Shown here: one piece after another, positions 9,871 to 20,289 of the stretch
How positions within the stretch are numbered: the first letter of the stretch is position 1
How the letters are laid out: every line of letters starts with the position of its first letter
Origin: a virus
Reading direction: 5' to 3' (one strand)
IMG/VR virus record: IMGVR_UViG_3300025655_000030
Coordinates: 6,151 to 70,150 of that record
DNA: 64,000 nucleotides
Position numbers and translations under genes: made by a program
The notes under the pieces: model-generated
Database searches by the model: none
The model's input: the letters and a program-made list of their open reading frames with translations, nothing else
Told to the model about the DNA's origin: nothing

Positions 9871-10950
9871 ATGAAATTTGGTCGTTTTGATATCCAAAAA
9901 GCTGTAACTCGTGATTTAGGTGATTTAAACCATTTGCACGATATGACAGGTGCTTTACGTACATCCCCTAATTTACCTAACCTATTGACTACACTTATTG
10001 GTGATAGTTTCAATGTTGAGTTTCTAAGCACTGATACTTTTGAACATGATGTAACTAACCAGCGTGTTAGTGAGATTAAAGATAAGTCTTTCCATGAGCG
10101 TGGTAATTACTTTGATGCGCGTGAGCAAACCAAGACCCACCTTTTTAAAGTACCTTCTTTTGGTATTGCTTCTCACATTCGTCCTCGTGATGCTCTTAAA
10201 GCTCGTGTGGCTGGGACTAAAGACCAACTTGAGAATATTGAGAGTTTGGTTCAGAAAGACATTCGTGATATGCGTAACTCATTTGCGTTGTTACAAGAAC
10301 GTGCAATTGCTTATACTATCACTGCTGGCGGTTTGTATGTTCCTAATGGTTCTGTAGCTTCTACTGACTTCTACTTAGAGTATACAGGTACAGCAGCAAG
10401 TTCACGTCCTAGTGTTGACTTCACACTTGGTACAGCTACTAGTTATCCTCGTGAAGCTGGTGAAAAAGCTCGTCAAATGATTGCAGATAGTCTTTTAGAT
10501 GGTCAGTCAGTAGATGGTTATGTAGCATTATGTGGTCGTGACTTCTTTAACAAGCGTATTAAGCATCCTAAAGAAGAACAAGCTATGGTAGACCGTAGTG
10601 GTATCGCTGGTCAAGATCCTTTGATTCAACGTCTAGCTAACTACTCACAACAATACCGTATGTATCGTGGTGCTGATGATATTCTATATATCCAGTATGA
10701 TGCTCGTATTGGTGGTACACCTCTAGTTGCTGACGGTGAGTGTTTTATCATGCCTGTCAACACTTCTGGTATCTTTACTCAAGCTTTTGCTCCTGCTGAG
10801 ACTATGACTTACGTCAACACTATCGCAGAACGTGAATATGCTTGGAAAGTGGAAGATGAGTTCAGCGGTACTAAGTTGTTCATGGAGTCTAACTTCGGGA
10901 TCTACTTACAGAATCCTAACAGCATCATCAAAGGTACTTCAAGTAACTAA
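9871..10950 (+). CDS. major capsid protein
   Basis: 359 aa; FAPAETMTYVNT..E.YAW..ESN motif of the capsid-E-like family; biased codons; terminator follows. Confidence 0.9.
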   Translation: MKFGRFDIQKAVTRDLGDLNHLHDMTGALRTSPNLPNLLTTLIGDSFNVEFLSTDTFEHDVTNQRVSEIKDKSFHERGNYFDAREQTKTHLFKVPSFGIASHIRPRDALKARVAGTKDQLENIESLVQKDIRDMRNSFALLQERAIAYTITAGGLYVPNGSVASTDFYLEYTGTAASSRPSVDFTLGTATSYPREAGEKARQMIADSLLDGQSVDGYVALCGRDFFNKRIKHPKEEQAMVDRSGIAGQDPLIQRLANYSQQYRMYRGADDILYIQYDARIGGTPLVADGECFIMPVNTSGIFTQAFAPAETMTYVNTIAEREYAWKVEDEFSGTKLFMESNFGIYLQNPNSIIKGTSSN

Positions 10951-10964
10951 TATGTTGTTAAATA

Positions 10965-10989
10965 GGGGGCTTAATAGCCCCCTTCTTTT
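10965..10989 (+). terminator. intrinsic terminator after MCP
   Basis: GGGGGCT-TAAT-AGCCCCC followed by TTCTTTT. Confidence 0.85.
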
Positions 10990-11004
10990 ACTAAGGGAAA
11001 ATAA

Positions 11005-11448
11005 GTGATAGATATAAATTTTATAGATAAAAATTCTTTAGTGAGAGCTAACATAGGTGATGCAACAGGGGAGTTTGTTAGTGAGGAAACTATAACTACC
11101 GCCCTATTGTCAGTAGACAATAATGTTAATAAAGCCTCCGTGTTAGTAATGGAAGCTATGTTAACATGGTTTAGCACTCTCGCAGAGAAAGAGATTGTTG
11201 ACGAAGTAGAGGTTACATACGGTAATCTTTATAATAAATATAAAGTAGTTTTAGATAATTTTAAATCTAAGGTATATGCTAAAAACAGGATACCAATTCT
11301 GATAGGTGGAGTATCCCTAGAAGAGAAGAACAGAATTAACGAGGATTTGGATACTGTAAGTCCTTTTGATTATTCCGATTGGGATAGGTTAGTAAATAGA
11401 ACTAAATTGTTTAGTGAGGATGAGAACCCTAACTATGGGCAATATTAG
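11005..11448 (+). CDS. head-tail adaptor
   Basis: VRANIGD..FVSEETI motif; position after MCP. Confidence 0.6.
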   Translation: MIDINFIDKNSLVRANIGDATGEFVSEETITTALLSVDNNVNKASVLVMEAMLTWFSTLAEKEIVDEVEVTYGNLYNKYKVVLDNFKSKVYAKNRIPILIGGVSLEEKNRINEDLDTVSPFDYSDWDRLVNRTKLFSEDENPNYGQY

Positions 11449-11911
11449 ACGAACAACACGAAATTTAGAAAAACTAATTTTAAAGATTAAAAAGTTAGCG
11501 GAAAGTAATGTAGAAAGTGGTTATTTTATAGAGCAAGGTGATCACCCCGAAGCTGGTATACCTTTCGTTAGTTTAATGTATAAACATGCAATGGGAGCAG
11601 GTGAACTACATGCTAGAGATCCTTTACCTGTAACCTCCAACATTATGAAGATTGGTAGCTTTCAAAAAAATGCTCATAACAATTTATCCAAGTATCTGTA
11701 CACCTCAAGTAGATTATCCACACTGTTAGATAAAACAGGTAAAGAGATAACTCTAATAGCGACTAGTACGTTTGGCTCTACCTCATATTATCAACCAAAC
11801 TCCCCTCAGTGGGCTGAGATTAAAGGTGATAATACCCCATTAGTATATGAAGGTCATCTTAGAGATGCTTGGTCTTACAGAACTAGTGATAATCAATTTA
11901 TAAGAAAATAG
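11435..11911 (+). CDS. neck/tail completion protein
   Basis: PNSP.W...KGDNTPLV..GHLR motif; probable ATG 11435 (ORF open from 11414). Confidence 0.6.
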   Translation: MGNIRRTTRNLEKLILKIKKLAESNVESGYFIEQGDHPEAGIPFVSLMYKHAMGAGELHARDPLPVTSNIMKIGSFQKNAHNNLSKYLYTSSRLSTLLDKTGKEITLIATSTFGSTSYYQPNSPQWAEIKGDNTPLVYEGHLRDAWSYRTSDNQFIRK

Positions 11912-11922
11912 AGGGTCTGTCA

Positions 11923-12282
11923 ATGAGATTATTTAATAAACAGATCACTATTTTTAGAGACTTAAGTGACTCAGGTTATTATGACGAAAATGAGAAATGG
12001 GTAGATGGTGTATCTAGTACTCCTGTTCGTATCGTTGGAAGTATACAACCGTATGGAAAAGGGCATACTAAAAATGAGTTACCAGATGGTGTAAGGACTG
12101 ACGATGTGGTCATATTGAGAAGTAAAAGTAAACTAGTCACTCAAGATGACTTATTAAAAACCACTCCCGATGAGATGGAATACTTGGGTGCTACTTACCA
12201 ATGTTTCACTGCTGATAAATGGTCACAAGGATTAAGGTCTGATCACTATATGGGTATATTCATAAGGAAAGATAAATTATGA
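11923..12282 (+). CDS. head closure/head-tail adaptor
   Basis: GYY...W..G..GSIQP..LPDG motif; synteny. Confidence 0.6.
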   Translation: MRLFNKQITIFRDLSDSGYYDENEKWVDGVSSTPVRIVGSIQPYGKGHTKNELPDGVRTDDVVILRSKSKLVTQDDLLKTTPDEMEYLGATYQCFTADKWSQGLRSDHYMGIFIRKDKL

Positions 12283-12869
12283 ATATGAACATTAAAGGTA
12301 TAAAACTAGCGTTAGTTGATATCACGAGACAATTGATAGGAAGTAGTTTATCACAAATACCCGCTGGAAACAATACAACTAAAGCTGCTGTCATTCTTAA
12401 TAGAGCCGCTGGCAATAAGCCTAAGTTTCCTTACGCTATAGTAGACTGTATAGGAGTTGACTCTATAGGTTATTCATCCTTGAATAACTACATGAATGAG
12501 GATGATGAGCAAGTAGATGAATTCAGTCATGTTGGCAGATTCACCATACAAGTTAGTGGTTCAACAGACGACGATGTTCAAAGTTTAATTGTTAATCTCC
12601 GTAGTAAGTTATTCACTTCGAAAGGTTTGTCCCTTATAGACAGCATACCTAATACTGGTTTACTAAGTATAGAACCTGCAACATTCTTTCCATCATTTAT
12701 GGTCACAGACTATGAAGAAGCATCCAGAATAATAATAAACTTTTCCATAAACGATATATACACAGATGACACTGTTGGTACATTGGAGTCTATTGACTTG
12801 GATGGTGAACTTTATAAAGACTTTTCACAAGACGATACTCCTCTGAGTATTAACACAATCGCCCCTTAA
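12279..12869 (+). CDS. tail/neck terminator protein
   Basis: P.FPY motif; directly upstream of sheath. Confidence 0.6.
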   Translation: MNMNIKGIKLALVDITRQLIGSSLSQIPAGNNTTKAAVILNRAAGNKPKFPYAIVDCIGVDSIGYSSLNNYMNEDDEQVDEFSHVGRFTIQVSGSTDDDVQSLIVNLRSKLFTSKGLSLIDSIPNTGLLSIEPATFFPSFMVTDYEEASRIIINFSINDIYTDDTVGTLESIDLDGELYKDFSQDDTPLSINTIAP

Positions 12870-12885
12870 AACTAGGAGTTTATAA

Positions 12886-14226
12886 ATGGCATATCAAGAC
12901 ATTGCAAATATTAACATATCTTTGCAAACATCGGGAGTAACGTCAATAGGCTTTGGTACACCATTGTTTATTACGTCTAGTCGATACTTCCCAGAGCGAG
13001 TTCGTTCTTACAGTTCTATTACAGAAGCTGCTGAGGATTTACCTACAAGCTCTAACGCTTATAAAGCTGTAGCAGCTTTTTTAAGTAACACACCTTCACC
13101 ATCTGTTGTTAAGATTGGTCGTAGAGAAGCAGATTTAGAATTAACTGTATTAACAGGCTCTACATCCGCATCATTGACTTTCTATGCCTCTGACGGTACA
13201 GATACTTTCGCTTTACCTGTCAATATTACATCCGCTGCTGATGCCTCTGCTGTAGCTACAGCTATTGCTGCTGCTATTGAGGGTGATAGTGATATTGGTG
13301 CATTAGTTGTTGCTACAGCATCCTCTGGTACAGTCAGTGTTGACGTAGCTAACTCTAACTATACATTCTGGGTTAAGAATTTATCATCTAGCTTATCAGA
13401 GGAATACACCTCAACAGAGACAGCTAGTGAGGTTATGGCAGCTTTAGATGCTGAAGATAGCGATTTCTATTTTGTCACAGCAGATGACCATACACAGACA
13501 TTTGTACTAGCATTAGCTGCTGATGTAGAAGCTCGTACTAAAATGTACTTCTTCTCAAGTCAAGAGCAAGCAAGTATCGCTACATATAATGAAGGTGCTG
13601 CTACAGACACTCTAGGTAAGATTGCTGATGTAGGGTATAACCGCACTAAAGGTATGTTTTCAGATGTTGCTGACACTACATTCCCTGAATGTGTATATGT
13701 TGGGTATAACTCTGTATTTGACGCAGGTAGTGTAGCTTGGTCAAACTTGCAATTAACAATTGCTCCTGCTAAAGACCCTCTAACTGGTGCAGTTTTAAGC
13801 ACTACCCAGAAGTCTAACCTCAATGACCGTAAAGCTGCTTATGTAGAGAAGAAAGGCGGTTTGAATGTACTGAGAGGTGGTAAGGTTGCTAGTGGTGAAT
13901 ACATAGATGTTATTCGCGGTAGAGATAACTTAGACGTAGATTTAGATACGGCATACACTAATTTATTAGTTAATCAACAAGGCAGTAAAATTCCTTATAA
14001 TGATACTGGTATTTCTAAGTTAGAAGCTACTTGTAAAGGTATTCTAAACTTGTATGTTAATCGCGGATTTATTAACAGTAACTATATCCTAAACTTCCCT
14101 AAATCAGATGCAATTCCATTAGTTGATAAACAAGCTCGTATCTACCGTCAAGGTTCATTCCAAGCTGAACTTACAGGCGCTATTTTGTTTGTAGAATTGA
14201 CTGGCACACTGTCTTTAGACTTATAA
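12886..14226 (+). CDS. tail sheath protein (DUF3383-like)
   Basis: ERVRSYSS..GEYIDVIRG..KIPYNDTGI motifs. Confidence 0.9.
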   Translation: MAYQDIANINISLQTSGVTSIGFGTPLFITSSRYFPERVRSYSSITEAAEDLPTSSNAYKAVAAFLSNTPSPSVVKIGRREADLELTVLTGSTSASLTFYASDGTDTFALPVNITSAADASAVATAIAAAIEGDSDIGALVVATASSGTVSVDVANSNYTFWVKNLSSSLSEEYTSTETASEVMAALDAEDSDFYFVTADDHTQTFVLALAADVEARTKMYFFSSQEQASIATYNEGAATDTLGKIADVGYNRTKGMFSDVADTTFPECVYVGYNSVFDAGSVAWSNLQLTIAPAKDPLTGAVLSTTQKSNLNDRKAAYVEKKGGLNVLRGGKVASGEYIDVIRGRDNLDVDLDTAYTNLLVNQQGSKIPYNDTGISKLEATCKGILNLYVNRGFINSNYILNFPKSDAIPLVDKQARIYRQGSFQAELTGAILFVELTGTLSLDL

Positions 14227-14240
14227 TAGAGGAAATATAA

Positions 14241-14765
14241 ATGGCTGAAACACAAAAGGTCTGGAGTCCCGCTAAAACTAACGTAAACTGGGGCGGCACT
14301 TTCACCTTTAAGGGTTTTGCAGAGGGTACTTTTATTACTTCCTCTCGCAATACCGACAATACAAGACAAGTAGTAGGGGCGCATGGTGATGTAGCTCTTA
14401 CATTAAATGCTGATAGAACAGGTACAGTGACTGTCACATTACTACAGACCAGCGAAACTAATCGTATCTTAGCTAGTATTCAAGCTGCACAAGATGAAAC
14501 TGGAGAATTATACAGAGCTGACTTAACTATTTCTGACCAAAGTGGTAGTAACTTAGTAGATGCTCAAGCTTGTCATATTATGACTACACCAGAGAATGCT
14601 TTGTCGGATGACCAAACATCAAAAACTTGGGTATTCTATAGTGAAAAATTGACATATCTGCCTGTTCCAACTGGATATATCAAAACTGTATCAGAAGAAG
14701 CTAGGGCAAACAACTCACTGAGTGCTATTAGAACGGCTAGTGAAGCGCTTAAGAATCTAGCTTAA
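14241..14765 (+). CDS. tail tube protein
   Basis: GFAEGTFI..VGAHG..GTVTVTLLQTS.TN motif; follows sheath. Confidence 0.85.
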   Translation: MAETQKVWSPAKTNVNWGGTFTFKGFAEGTFITSSRNTDNTRQVVGAHGDVALTLNADRTGTVTVTLLQTSETNRILASIQAAQDETGELYRADLTISDQSGSNLVDAQACHIMTTPENALSDDQTSKTWVFYSEKLTYLPVPTGYIKTVSEEARANNSLSAIRTASEALKNLA

Positions 14766-14784
14766 CATTGTAGGTGAAATTATT

Positions 14785-14807
14785 AAAGGGCTTTATTGCC
14801 CTTTTTT
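14785..14807 (+). terminator. intrinsic terminator after tail tube
   Basis: AAAGGGC-TTTATT-GCCCTTTTTT. Confidence 0.8.
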
Positions 14808-14827
14808 ACTATTAGGAGGAGATTAAA

Positions 14828-15319
14828 ATGAGTTTTAAAGAACAACAATCTAAATATATGAGAGACGGTAAATTAAGTTCTGGTAAGAAGTTTACAGTAA
14901 AGATACTACGAACTATGGCTGGTATTACCGTTGCCAGAAAGTTGAATAAGATTATATTACCTCTGATTGGAGGTGGTGCTGATGGTTTAAAACATGATGA
15001 CTATATTCATGGTGCTCCGCAGTCTTTCACTAACCTAGCCTTACTATTATGTGAACAACTAGACAAAGCTCAAATTGAGGATTTAATTATAGTGTTATTA
15101 GAGGATTTATCTATTGATGGTAAAGACGTTAATATAGATGACTATTTTGCAGCCAATTATGGTGAGTTAGTAGAGATACTAGAATTCTCTTTAAAGGAGA
15201 ACTTTGGAAGTTTTTTTACGGGAAAGGGTATACAAGCCCTTTTGACAAAGAAAATCAAGGGTCTTTGGGACAACACTCAATCAGAGTTATCGGACAAATC
15301 AGAGACGGAACTAGATTAA
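14828..15319 (+). CDS. tail assembly chaperone (G-like)
   Basis: Between tube and tape measure; slippery heptamers at 15211-15226. Confidence 0.75.
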   Translation: MSFKEQQSKYMRDGKLSSGKKFTVKILRTMAGITVARKLNKIILPLIGGGADGLKHDDYIHGAPQSFTNLALLLCEQLDKAQIEDLIIVLLEDLSIDGKDVNIDDYFAANYGELVEILEFSLKENFGSFFTGKGIQALLTKKIKGLWDNTQSELSDKSETELD

Positions 15320-15492
15320 GTGAAGATGAGTCTTTAATTTATTATGTATATCGGTCTAAATATAATAAAGAGACTTTACATTACTTAAAAGAAGGTATGT
15401 CATTAAATGAGTTCTTAGTTCATCTTGATTTTATTAGCCAACAAGAGGATCTTGAATATGCGGTACATAAAGACCAAACACAAAATAAGTAG
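15211..15492 (+). CDS. -1 frameshift extension of tail assembly chaperone (GT-like)
   Basis: -1 frame is open from T TTT TTT / G GGA AAG to the stop at 15492. Confidence 0.7.
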   Translation, partial: FFYGKGYTSPFDKENQGSLGQHSIRVIGQIRDGTRLSEDESLIYYVYRSKYNKETLHYLKEGMSLNEFLVHLDFISQQEDLEYAVHKDQTQNK

Positions 15493-15500
15493 GTTATCAA

Positions 15501-17656
15501 ATGAATCAAGGTAACTTAGAAAAGTTTATTATTGACTTAGGATTTTCTGATAAGAAAGCCATAACAGGATTAAAATCTTTCTTAAAGAAAGTTGATAATA
15601 TGAAAGCTAATGTCAAAGTTAATGTTGACAAGAGTTCATTAAATAAAATATCTAAAGATATTAAGTCTGCTACTGGGTCTGTAGTAAACCCTTTAAAAAT
15701 GTCTCCTGAGATGAGTAGCCATGTAAGTAAGTTTCGTAAGAGTGAGGCTGAGAAACAATTAGCTCATGAGAAAGCCTTACATCATGAACGTAAAAGAAAT
15801 ATAGCCGCTGAGAAAGCTCAAAGGGAAAGAGCTGATAGGTTTAAGAATAGTTCATTATATCGTAGGATAGCTGATTCAGACCCATCTAGGGCAGAGAGAT
15901 ACTACCAACAAGCTAAGACTGTTAGAGGCAGTAATACACAGTTTGGGACATGGCAGACTGATATTAGAAATGCAGAGAAAGCATTAGGAACATTCAACCG
16001 AAAACTTAAACAAACAACTGTCATACAAAGAGGATTATCTGACTCTACAAGAAATATGATAAGGTCATATGCTAGTGTCTATGCTTTAGGTGCTGGAGGT
16101 ATGGCAATCAATAAGGTAGGTAGAACGTTTGAAGGTGCTGCTGCTGCTATGAAAGCTGTCAGTACTGACTCTAAGGAAGCAGAGGCTAACTTAAAGTTTT
16201 TAAAAGACGAAGCTAAAAGGTTAGGTCTTGGAGTAGGGGAATCTACTAAGAACTTTGTTAAGTTAAGAGCTGCAATAGGTGACAAAGCTAGTAATGAGGA
16301 AGCTAGGAAAGCTTTTACAAACTTATCTGAAACAGGTACAGTATTTCAGTTAAGGCCAGAGGAAATGAACAGAACGATTAAGGCTTAATGTTAGGCTCAT
16401 ACATTAGTGATAATGTAAAGAAAACTGGTTTAATTGCTGGAAAGCCCTTAGAGCTTGTAGATACTAAACAAATATGATAATATGTATTTGTGGCTTAAGA
16501 GTAATGTCTTAAGGTATAGTTATAAGTCTACAAGATTGGGTGATCAGCATCCACGTTGTCTACTAGAAAGAATTCATAAATAGAGTAGGCATCAGGATCA
16601 ACGACTATCCGCAAGGAGTAGGCTCAAGTGAGTCGAAAATCCAGCCCTCATAAGAGGTGAAGATATAGTCTCTACTTCTATGGAAACATAGAGATGCAAG
16701 TAATGTTGCTGGGTGTGATTAACGACCACATTTGAAGATAATAGGTACAACAAATGTTCAGTAAATCTGGTATTATGGCGGAAGAATTAAAACAACAACT
16801 AGGTGATGTTCTTCCTACAGCAATGGTTGCCTTAGAGAAATCTACAGGTAAAACCTCCACTGAATTATTCAAAATGATGCAGATGGGTCAATTAGGGCAA
16901 GAGTACATCATGCCTTTCTTAGATGCTATGGCAGACATGGCTAAAAAGAATGGTGCATTAGAATCTGCGTTACTCTCAACAGCTAAAGCTCAAGATAAGT
17001 TTATGACTGGTGCTGAGATAGCTGGTAACACTATTTACACATCTGGATTTGCTGAAGGATTAGGTGAACTATTCAGAAATATGACAGAGGAACTTGAAGG
17101 GTCAGAGGATGCTTTAAAGTCTCTAGGGAAAGTGTTCAGAGTATTCTTTAAAGGAGTTAGCAATCTTATTAATCTTATCACTCCAGCTTTCAGAATGTTG
17201 GCTTTAGTAATGGGTAGTGTGGTTGATGCCTTTGAGTGGTTGTTTGGTAAACAGATGGGGGACAATATACTAAGTACTGGTGTGATGGTAGGAATGTTAA
17301 TACTCAAGTTTAAATTACTGACAAAAGCAGCTAAATTATTTGGGTATGAGTTGAAAATGGCTCTATTACCTCTTACAGCCATCATGGTTATATTAGATGA
17401 GTTGTATTCTTTCATGGATGACAGTCGAACCAACAGGATTGAAGAAGTAAGTGGTATACAAGGGTGGCAATCACTTAATCCATTTCATCCTGTAAATATA
17501 TCTAATGGGGAGATAGCTATGAAGAACGCTCACCTTCAATATGCCAACAATCAACCTATAAATGTCACCGTACCAGTATCAATTGATGGTGTTAAGAAAT
17601 CAGTTGATGAACAAATGAGTGTAGTGATGGGTAACTCAATGGTAGGTAACAGATGA
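15501..17656 (+). CDS. tape measure protein in two exons (15501-16385, 16745-17656; ~598 aa spliced)
   Basis: Joined RTIKA|VQQMFSKSGIMAEELKQQLGD restores the tape-measure motif. Confidence 0.88.
16386..16744 (+). mobile_element. group I intron (IA-like, ORF-less) in tape measure gene
   Basis: Exon ends in U; TAATTGCTGGAAA; GATCAGCAT; R TCAACGACTATC; S AAGATATAGTC; terminal G restores frame. Confidence 0.9.
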
Positions 17657-18237
17657 TAATATCAGAATTTTATATCGAAACAGTACCCTCTTATGAGGGT
17701 GAGTCAGTGGAGTATTATCAACTAACATGTACTACCGACTTCACAATAACTCACTCAGGTACAGCTAGTAGTCACCCCACTGTAGATAGGAAAACTATAT
17801 CCGATTCTTACATAAATCAATCCGTAACTATATCTTGTAATGGAGTGGTTTCTAATATAGTTAATTTGTCGTTAGATAAAATACAAAGGACAGTTGGTGA
17901 TAATGTTAATAGCATAGTTGCTCTTAAAGAGACTGGTAATCCATTTACTATCCACTATGACTCACAAGTTTCAGGTGAGGGTCTAACTAATTGTGTATTC
18001 ACATCACTTACATTCACTAAGGGTTCTGGGTATGGTACATCTTATGATGTTTCTTTTACAGCTCAACAGATACTCAAATCTAGTAAGGTTAGTATTATAG
18101 ATGAGGAATTTAAGCAAGACAGTAAGGTGAATAGTCAAAGTTCAGGTAAGAGTACATCAGGTAATACCGCCACTACTGAGGTTAGGTCTAATAGTACACT
18201 CAATGCCTTAGCGAAAGCAGCAGGTGGGGATGATTAA
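17653..18237 (+). CDS. baseplate/distal tail (Dit-like) protein
   Basis: SSHPTVD..ISD motif; follows TMP. Confidence 0.6.
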   Translation: MIISEFYIETVPSYEGESVEYYQLTCTTDFTITHSGTASSHPTVDRKTISDSYINQSVTISCNGVVSNIVNLSLDKIQRTVGDNVNSIVALKETGNPFTIHYDSQVSGEGLTNCVFTSLTFTKGSGYGTSYDVSFTAQQILKSSKVSIIDEEFKQDSKVNSQSSGKSTSGNTATTEVRSNSTLNALAKAAGGDD

Positions 18238-18597
18238 ATGATTAGAATAAATAATAGTACAAAACCTTACTCTGAACAAAATGTATCTTTATCTGGGGTA
18301 TCCTTAACCTTAATCCTTAAATATAATATCATCAACAGTTCATGGTATCTCGACATTAAAGACCAATCTGGCTCTGTAGAGATTATATCTGGTATTAAAG
18401 TTATGAGGAATAGTAATCTAACTGGTAGGTATATCCTTGAAGGTTTTCCTGACGGGAATATATATTGCCTACAAAATAAAAGTTCTGATGATTTAGTTAC
18501 TAGGAATAACCTTGGAGCTGATTTAACACACAGTCTTTATTGGTTAACGTCATTAGAGGAACAGGAGTTTGGTATAGATGGCTACATACAATTATAA
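18238..18597 (+). CDS. baseplate protein
   Basis: KYN....WYLDI..ISGIKV motif; synteny. Confidence 0.6.
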   Translation: MIRINNSTKPYSEQNVSLSGVSLTLILKYNIINSSWYLDIKDQSGSVEIISGIKVMRNSNLTGRYILEGFPDGNIYCLQNKSSDDLVTRNNLGADLTHSLYWLTSLEEQEFGIDGYIQL

Positions 18598-19606
18598 AAG
18601 GGTTTATTCATTAATAGTGGGTAAGCCACCCCTCTCCAAACCCCTCCCTACCCAAGCATATGTACCCTTTACTTCTTCCGATGCTTTCCAATTCACTGAA
18701 TTATACGAAACTAACACAGACTTTAAAATAGAAGTTCCTTCTAGGTCTGTATACATTAGTGATTTACAAATGGTTGCTGATATTAGTAGTAGCTCTGAAT
18801 CATCGAGTGATGGTGATAAAGCTACTATTAAAATATATAACCTACCTGACTCAGAGAGAGGTATTGTTCAGGCCATTGATAGCAATATAATACTCAAAGC
18901 AGGGTATGAGTCATCTATTAAAGATGGTAACACATCATCACTACCTATAGTATTTGTTGGACAAGTAGCTTATTCTAAAACTCACTGGGAAGGAGCTGAT
19001 AGAGTAACTACTTTAAATTGTAAGGCTGGATTTACTCCCGCTACCTCTGTTAAAATATCTTACACTTTACCACCTTTAGCTCCTCAATACCAGACATTCT
19101 CTGAAGTGTTTTATGCGTTAGGGGATATATGGAAAGAGAATGGTGTGTCTAGTGTTAATATGGAATTAAGTCAAACTGCGTGGAATGATATAACCGCACC
19201 AAGCCCTCTTACACAGTCCATTGAGTACGGATGGTCTTATGAAGGATACCTTAGAGATGCTATGGATGACTTGTGTGGTATGTATAACTACGTATGGTAT
19301 ATCACTAATAATAACTTATACGTACACCATAAGAAATTTAACAAGTTTGCCTCTTTCATAGATTTAGATGAGAATCAGACATTAGAAATACAAGATGAAC
19401 AGGATTCTTCTAAAGCAGTTGATACGAAGGATACTTCTAAAAGAGTTAAAATTAAGTTATTGCTGGATGGCAGGATTAAGGACGGTTACATGCTTAGAAT
19501 ACCTTTTGGTGAGTACAAAGGTACTTACTCAATTAAGGGTAGGTCTTATTCGTTAGATTATAGAGGAAATGATTGGTACATTAACCTCATCGCGGAGTCA
19601 ATATGA
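18578..19606 (+). CDS. baseplate hub protein
   Basis: ATIKIYNL..ILKAGY..VFVGQV..DYRGNDWY. Confidence 0.75.
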   Translation: MATYNYKRVYSLIVGKPPLSKPLPTQAYVPFTSSDAFQFTELYETNTDFKIEVPSRSVYISDLQMVADISSSSESSSDGDKATIKIYNLPDSERGIVQAIDSNIILKAGYESSIKDGNTSSLPIVFVGQVAYSKTHWEGADRVTTLNCKAGFTPATSVKISYTLPPLAPQYQTFSEVFYALGDIWKENGVSSVNMELSQTAWNDITAPSPLTQSIEYGWSYEGYLRDAMDDLCGMYNYVWYITNNNLYVHHKKFNKFASFIDLDENQTLEIQDEQDSSKAVDTKDTSKRVKIKLLLDGRIKDGYMLRIPFGEYKGTYSIKGRSYSLDYRGNDWYINLIAESI

Positions 19607-20289
19607 TATCACAGTATGAAGTTATACAATCACATATTAGTAAATTTAAAGATATGCTCTACACTTCCTGTCCAGCAAAAGTTATTAAAGTTAACTTAGT
19701 AGGAAATTCTATTGAGAGCATCAATGTACGTCCTACAGTTGCTAGGTTATACCCTAGCGGTGATATACATGATAGACCTATTATTTATAAAGTACCAGTA
19801 GTGTTTCCTTCAGGTGGTGGTGGAATATTCTCATTCCCTATATCAGTAGGAGATACTGTATTACTCATGTTTATGATGGAGGATAATGAGAATTTCTTAA
19901 ATGATTCATCACCTATACCTAAGTCATTAAGACAGTTTAGTTATAATGATGCTGTAGCGATTCCCAGTCTTTACCCTTTCAATAAAAATCTACAACCTTC
20001 TTCTGAGAATGTAGAACTAAAATTTAAAGATACCGTCATTAGTATAGACCCTAATGGTGATATAGTCATAGATGGCGCTGAGAACGTCACCATAAAGAAT
20101 TCTACCACTGTGACTATAGTTAGTACAGATATAGTTTTAGATGGCTCTGTGACGTGTACAGGCGCTCTAAGGGTGGATGGAGATTTAACATCAGGAGGTG
20201 ATGTTTCTACAGATGCAGGTATATCTTTGAATAGTCATAAACATTCAGGAGTTAGGACTGGTGACAGTGTATCAGGAGCACCCGTATAA
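19603..20289 (+). CDS. baseplate spike (Gp138-like)
   Basis: VPVVFPSGGG..FPISVGD; C-terminal SLNSHKHSGV metal-binding tip. Confidence 0.85.
   Translation: MISQYEVIQSHISKFKDMLYTSCPAKVIKVNLVGNSIESINVRPTVARLYPSGDIHDRPIIYKVPVVFPSGGGGIFSFPISVGDTVLLMFMMEDNENFLNDSSPIPKSLRQFSYNDAVAIPSLYPFNKNLQPSSENVELKFKDTVISIDPNGDIVIDGAENVTIKNSTTVTIVSTDIVLDGSVTCTGALRVDGDLTSGGDVSTDAGISLNSHKHSGVRTGDSVSGAPV

Noticed and set aside
6484-16388. In-frame stops in portal and TMP as stop-codon reassignment or pseudogenes
   Set aside because: Each break is followed by a full group I core and removal restores the frame; other genes read normally with the standard code.
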